This document shows, piece after piece, positions 9,201-14,313 of a DNA stretch of 14,313 nt. How positions within the stretch are numbered: position 1 is the first letter of the stretch; the number at the start of each line of letters is the position of its first letter. Source of the stretch: Azolla caroliniana (Eukaryota; Plantae; Polypodiophyta); assembly GCA_043228905.1 (NCBI GenBank), contig JBHGNT010000880.1, forward strand, positions 1-14,313, in the 5' to 3' direction. A program made the translations under genes and the position numbers. Below the pieces are notes generated by a model. The model saw only the letters and a program-made list of their open reading frames with translations, made no database searches and was not told where the DNA came from.

Positions 9201-9833
9201 TCTCAACTTTGAATGTGAAAGCTTTCCCATGCCTAAAGATCATTTCTTTGAAAGTGGCGATCTCTGATTGAAGAAGAAATTCACCCCCTCCAATTCTCAA
9301 GTTATTTATTGTCTCCAAAGTGAAGTGATGTCTGATCTTCTTTATTGGTTGAAGCATAGGTTCGATTGTTGCTGCCTCCATCTTCTCTTCGCTACCAATG
9401 GGTAAGGTATTGCAGCAGGTTTGACCTTTTTGTCTATTGTTTTGTATTTTGTATTACATAAACTTTCTACTTCTTCATATTTACAATTATACCTATCAAT
9501 CTCATAATACATATCAATTGAGTTTACATGTATCTTTCTAACACTCTCATCATCTTCTTTTAGATACATTTCTAACTCTTCTATAGTATGTGCATTTAAG
9601 AAATTTCTTCCATAACACTTTCAATGTGCTCTTCCATTTCAAGTACTCCATTATCCTTCAATGCTTGTTGAAACAAATTAGCATTCTTTTTCAAGTTCCT
9701 CTTGCATTCATACATCCTAGTCACACATATAGCACCACTTTCAGAAACATGAAATGACTTATTCATATGTTGTAATGCCCTACGTGAGGGTCTTTTAATA
9801 ATGGGACTATTGCAACCCTCATTTGCAACAGTC

Positions 9834-10433
9834 CTAGTCAAAAACCTGATTATCAAAATCATCACATTCTTTTGGTATCGAATGATCACGAAGCTCTTGC
9901 TTGTTCCTCTCGTGATTTGGGCGAACTATCATAAACTGTACAGTTCTTCGTCCATCATGGCTTTGAATCTTCGCATAGGCAAAACCATTGTCAAGAACTT
10001 CGGTCTCCATCCGTACCGCTGTGATGTATGGTTGCCCCAAGATTATCGGATAGGTAGATCCTTCCTGCACAAAGAAATGTTGATCTACCTCTATATCACC
10101 AATAATAACCTTTACATTTGGGCATACACCAAATAAATCTTCAGTGACTGATGTGGCTGCTTTTACGCACCAACCATGTTGAGTATCAATTGGCCATCTA
10201 CCTTTCCTGTAAAAATCAGCACTCATTATATTTATTTCAGAACCACGATCAATAAGTGCCATCACCGAGTCTGGAACATTTCCAATATTCACATGATGCT
10301 CAGTAGTGGCTCTTGCCCAACATTTGCAAGAGTAGTCACTTCTTGTCTCTGTTGAACTTATCATTGAGGTTGATGCATGTTGAGAGTCAACAATGATATT
10401 GTTCGACTCGTTGCTTACCACTTCATATGCCAC
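9834..10433 (-). pseudogene. Gypsy aspartic protease region
   Basis: VMALIDRGSEINIMS (D-x-G active-site motif) ... YPIILGQPY. Confidence 0.9.
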
Positions 10434-10439
10434 CTTCGG

Positions 10440-11996
10440 ATTTGTTTCTTTAACCTGCTCATTTACTTGCTTCTTTCTTCACACAATATCAATTATTTCA
10501 TCATGAAATTCCTTTTTTGCAATACCTAACACTTCTCTTAGTGTAAATTTGTATTCTTGTTTCTAAAATTTTCTTTAAATATGTATCCTTTTCAATATCA
10601 GACATTAATTTGAATGAAGAACTAGATTTACCTTTTTCAATTTTTGCGTCCATCTCTTTTCTTTTACTTTCTCTTGTTTCATGCTTTTTTGTTGAGCCAA
10701 TCTCATCATCCGACCTTTTCCTTTTTTCTTCCACTATCACCTCATGCTCTTGGTGTTCTACCATCTAAGCATAGACTATCATAACATCTACTGGAACATC
10801 CCATCCAATGTTTTTCCTTACAGAATCTCCGACAACATGAAGGTTTTCCATCTTCAACTTTTGCTTTTGTGCCGAACTTACAACCTTCTCCCAGAATGAT
10901 GATCGGTATGGCATGTCATCAAGACACATTCCTGTCGTTGCCGAGTAGTACACTACAGAAGCCTTCTTTGCTTCAACTTCTTCAAACTTAACCTTAACAC
11001 CACCATCACCAAAGTTCTTTGTAAGTGGACTTCCAGTTTCAGTTAAGTAAATGTTACTATTTTTCCAATAGACCAAGTCTCGATTTTCCATTTCTTTATA
11101 TTCCGCACAATCACCTAATCGATGTTCGAGACTATCACACCACTTGCATCGAGGTCGAAATGGTTCCTCCCTTGATCTCAAAGTCTATCCATTCTCAAGC
11201 TTTGCCACTTTAGCTGTTAGATCTTTCATACTTTGAACTAAATCATCAAGCAAAGTCTCACTCTTAGTTTCAATCATTTCTCGTGGTTGATGGACCATTT
11301 CGTGTGATGGTTCTTGACCAAGTGTTTGAACTTCAATGTTTTGCTCAAGCCGATTTGTGATTCCCACATGTGGTATTTGTAGCATTGCACCATTCCTTTG
11401 CATTCTTTTCATAAATTTATTACAAGCATTTGTTACCTCATTCCAATCTGCAGTTATACCATCCTCGGTATTTGGTACTTCAAGCATAAATTCCAATTCT
11501 TTTCTATATCTCTTGTAAACTGCTTGCAAAAAAACGCAACCTTTTGCCAAGACAAAGAATTTCTTTCTTCTGGCTTTAAGTGTCCATACAATCTATCAAA
11601 CTCTTTTTTTGTGTCAGCCACAGATAATCCTTTATTTTCTTTTAGGACCCATTCATGGAATGAACGCATAGTAATGCAAGAGAAATCCTCATGAGCATAT
11701 TCAGACACAGGTGCTTCTTTGAATGCATTCCAATCCAAACTATGCAATGTTTGTATTTCATGAATTCTATCTCTTAATTCCATGTCCACTAATTTATAAA
11801 ATTTTGCTATCATATTGACATCATTCATACCAGACATTTCCATTTCATCATAATATATATGCACATACTTCGAAATATTTGTGCCATCAAACATACCAAT
11901 CTTCTCTCGGACTTCTCATAAGGCATGAAATAATCGATTTTGATAAAACTTTTCAATAAACAACATTACCTGATCCAATGTACTCGTACTTGCCAT
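10440..11996 (-). pseudogene. gag: Gypsy gag with CCHC zinc knuckle
   Basis: ATG at 11996 just downstream of the PBS, in frame with FDGTNISKY across a TGA at 11916-11918. Zinc knuckle CKWCDSLEHRLGDC (CX2CX4HX4C) at ~11148-11107. A frameshift falls near the A-run at ~11528-11534. Confidence 0.9.
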
Positions 11997-12040
11997 GTTG
12001 ATGTTGATCTTTACTTTAGATGTCTCTTCTACTTCCTCGT

Positions 12041-12058
12041 TTCACGTCGGGTTCACCA
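12041..12058 (-). other. Primer-binding site complementary to the tRNA-Trp 3' end
   Basis: Plus-strand TTCACGTCGGGTTCACCA matches the 3'-terminal 18 nt (with CCA) of plant cytosolic tRNA-Trp as I recall it. It lies 5 nt inside the 5' LTR boundary. Confidence 0.88.
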
Positions 12059-12063
12059 AATTG

Positions 12064-13080
12064 TGTCGTGGCGTCGCTCGCCTAGAAGCGTAGCATTGCG
12101 TAGACAGAAGACAACGTGAAAGTGAGAAGCAATCGCTTGGATTTTGGACGGAAGAGACGAAAGAGTGGAAATAGATAAATAGTGATCAATAAGATATGAC
12201 AAGATCAAATGTAAAATGATAATTGAGGAAATGTAAGAAATTTATAATTATTTCATGAAAGAGTTACAAAATGGTTGCGAGTGTCGTTGAACGAAAACAA
12301 GGTAAGGTAGTCGCTCTTCTCTTTCTTGATAATAGACCACAATCTTCCCTTCTATCTTCCTATGAGGATAAGACTCGAACCTCCACCTTTTCGTTGCGAG
12401 TTGAGCACCGCCGCCGCCAAGCTAGTTCTTCTCTTGTTGTTTGAAAATTGTATATAGCTTTTGCCTTCTCTCCCTCTTTCTCTATTTTGATATCTCTTAC
12501 AATATAATTTTACTCAATTCCATACAATAATTCTATTCAATATGATTTATTGATTCCTTGATATCCTTGTGACTACACTCCCTTCTCCTTTTATAGGAAG
12601 GGGATGGTTTTGCATGTGGGCCATATGTCACACATGCAAAGAGGGCTCTTGCATGTGTGTTATATGGTGCACATGTAGTACATTACATGGTTTAGACTAT
12701 GCAATGCTACTTCAAATAAAACAACACATTTTGTTTTACACATATAATGAGGTTCATAATGTGGAGGTTGTTGGTTCAAGTCTTCTCTCGCCCATGTAAT
12801 AAAATATATGGTGCACATGTAGTACATTATATGTTTTAGGATTTCAACCATACAATATTACTTCAAATTAAACAAGACATACAATTTTATACATACTACA
12901 ATTATAGGATAAATGGTAAGGTTTCAAAGTCATACAACGGGGGTTATTGGTTCAAGTTCTCTCTTGTCCATGTAATATAATATATATGTTTTATTTGCCT
13001 CTACATATAATGTATAATATTATCATAGTGCGTTTTTAATATTACCTTTATAAAACAATATCAAGATATATTTTATTTTA
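12064..13080 (-). repeat. 5' LTR of the gypsy element, missing its outer ~56 bp
   Basis: Aligns to 5258-6276; similarity stops abruptly at 13080. Confidence 0.95.
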
Positions 13081-13567
13081 TAAAGGAAAAGAAAATAAAA
13101 ATTGAGAGAGGATGAGTGTAGGAAAAAAAAGGAATTTTCTTTTCTTTTCCTTCTCGGTTCCCTTATCTTACGGAACCGACCCTAATTTTCCCTATGGAAG
13201 CCATATCTCTCAAAATCTAAAATCTCTTATCAAAACCAAAAACCCTAAATTTCTATTGAATCCATATTTAGTTTCTTCTAATCTATTATTCTAGTAATCT
13301 CCATAAGCTAAACTTTTGTAATCCCAATCTTGGGATTGATTGTAATCTTTCGTTTCCTTTGTTAATGAAATTTGTCAATCTTTCTTATTTCCATTAATTG
13401 TTTAATATAAACATACGAATCTGATATCCTCTGGTTGGAGGCCCAGGGTCCTTCAAGTTCACGTATCGAAATTTGTCAATCTTTCTTATTTCCATTAATT
13501 GTTTAATATAAACATACGAATCTGATATCCTCTAGTCGGAGGCCCAGGGTCCTTCAAGTTCACGTAT
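13081..13567 (+). mobile_element. Probable fragment (U5-like end) of another LTR
   Basis: Abrupt junction with the gypsy LTR, TGTAAT/TTAATGAAA motifs typical of plant LTR R-U5 regions, and an end at ...GTTCACGTATC. No coding evidence. Confidence 0.4.
13367..13567. repeat. Tandem duplication, 2 x 100 bp
   Basis: 13367-13466 and 13468-13567 differ at 2 positions (ctggttggag vs ctagtcggag). Confidence 0.95.
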
Positions 13568-14101
13568 TCTCGTCGTATTTTCGCGATCTCTTTTGTTCCG
13601 CCCGATCACCAGTTCCGTCCAGTCGCCAATTTCCGGTTTGCCGACCAGTTCCTGTTTGCTTACTGGCCGGTTCTGGTTTGCTTTCTGGACGGTTCCAGTT
13701 TGCTTTCGGGCCAGTTCTGATTTGCTTTCCAACCAGTTCTAGTTTGATTTCCGACCAATTCCGGTTAGCTTTCCAACCGGTTCCAGTTTGGTTTTTTGGT
13801 AACTTGGCCACATTCATCCATCTAGACAAACTGGCCAAAGTGCTCTTAGCACAAATGAAAAATGAGGGATCTCAATGTGTTTATATAGCCAGGGCCTTAA
13901 GTTTCCTACCTATGTGGGATAAATCATAGTTCTATTTTCCCTATCTTCTCAAACTTCATGTTCTCATAACTTCCATTTTGTATGTAGTGAAATGCGTTTT
14001 AAAGCTCTTGAGTACATACATCTTTCTATAACAAGCTACTAATCTAATCTAAAATAATTATTTCATTATTTTTTTACATAGTTTTCATATCGTGTGTGAC
14101 A
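13568..14101 (-). mobile_element. Probable LTR (minus strand), truncated on its left side
   Basis: The minus strand starts TGTCACAC at 14101 after purine-rich AGAAAGGAA. It contains TCCCACAT and CTATATAAA (~13889-13880), followed by the 22-bp repeats. Confidence 0.5.
13626..13798. repeat. 22-bp minisatellite, consensus ~CCRGTTCYRGTTTGCTTTCCRR
   Basis: Units start at 13645, 13667, 13689, 13711, 13733, 13755 and 13777 (exact 22-nt period), plus a shorter degenerate unit at 13626. Confidence 0.93.
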
Positions 14102-14297
14102 ACGTTCCTTTCTGATCTGGGCCTCTCCGGTCTGAACTGTTTCAGTCCAAACTCTTCTTCGAATCGGTGGTGCCAGTTTCTTTCTCTTTCTAGAAATGCC
14201 GACAATTCTTCTGGAAGTGCCCTGGCTTCCCATAGTAGAAGCAAGTAGGCCTCCCCCTTGACTTCGACCTCGTCCCCGATTTGTCCCAATTTTGGGG

Positions 14298-14309
14298 ACT
14301 CTGATACCG
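14298..14309 (-). other. Degenerate tRNA-iMet primer-binding-site-like motif
   Basis: Minus-strand CGGTATCAGAGT vs canonical TGGTATCAGAGC (10/12). The upstream LTR would lie outside the window. Confidence 0.45.
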
Positions 14310-14313
14310 GCCT

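Larger units (their letters stand above)
5258..13080 (-). mobile_element. Near full-length degenerate Ty3/gypsy LTR retrotransposon, non-chromovirus type
   Basis: Two direct ~1.07-kb LTRs, a tRNA-Trp PBS, a PPT and gag-PR-RT-RH-INT order on the minus strand. The coding region is fragmented by stops and frameshifts. Confidence 0.97.

Noticed and set aside
6919-11694. Plus-strand ORFs within the gypsy internal region (and likewise 2805-4355 in copia)
   Set aside because: They are antisense shadows of gag/pol coding sequence with no motifs.
12037-12058. tRNA-Trp gene
   Set aside because: Only the 3' 18 nt including CCA are present, adjacent to an LTR, so it is a primer-binding site.
13626-13798. 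CRISPR array, or the repetitive ORFs 13532-13929 as proteins
   Set aside because: The units are contiguous with no unique spacers, there are no cas genes and the context is eukaryotic. The ORFs are by-products of the minisatellite.

Overview
Eukaryotic, TE-dense land-plant DNA; a bryophyte such as a moss is likely, but that is inference. The window is mostly a stack of nested, decayed LTR retrotransposons. A minus-strand Ty1/copia element (3' LTR ~1549-2224, pol relics 2260-4714) is broken by an inverted LTR of a related copia family (4715-5257). That LTR is broken by an almost complete minus-strand Ty3/gypsy element (5258-13080) with a tRNA-Trp PBS, an FLDD reverse transcriptase and no chromodomain. 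Further LTR-like pieces, a 100-bp tandem duplication and a 22-bp minisatellite fill 13081-14313. The standout is at the bottom of the stack (466-1548, minus strand). It is a three-exon gene relic with two canonical GT-AG introns that splices into a prokaryote-type beta-class amino (N6-adenine/N4-cytosine) DNA methyltransferase (DIPY ... W-x-K ... NPYQKP ... EGDWILEFF-S-S-T-S-TT ... RNTVALEKD) with an acidic tail. The ORF track shows only two disconnected fragments of it. The gypsy LTRs also carry tRNA-like (CAT anticodon) Pol III box modules with canonical spacing, and they show sharply mosaic divergence.
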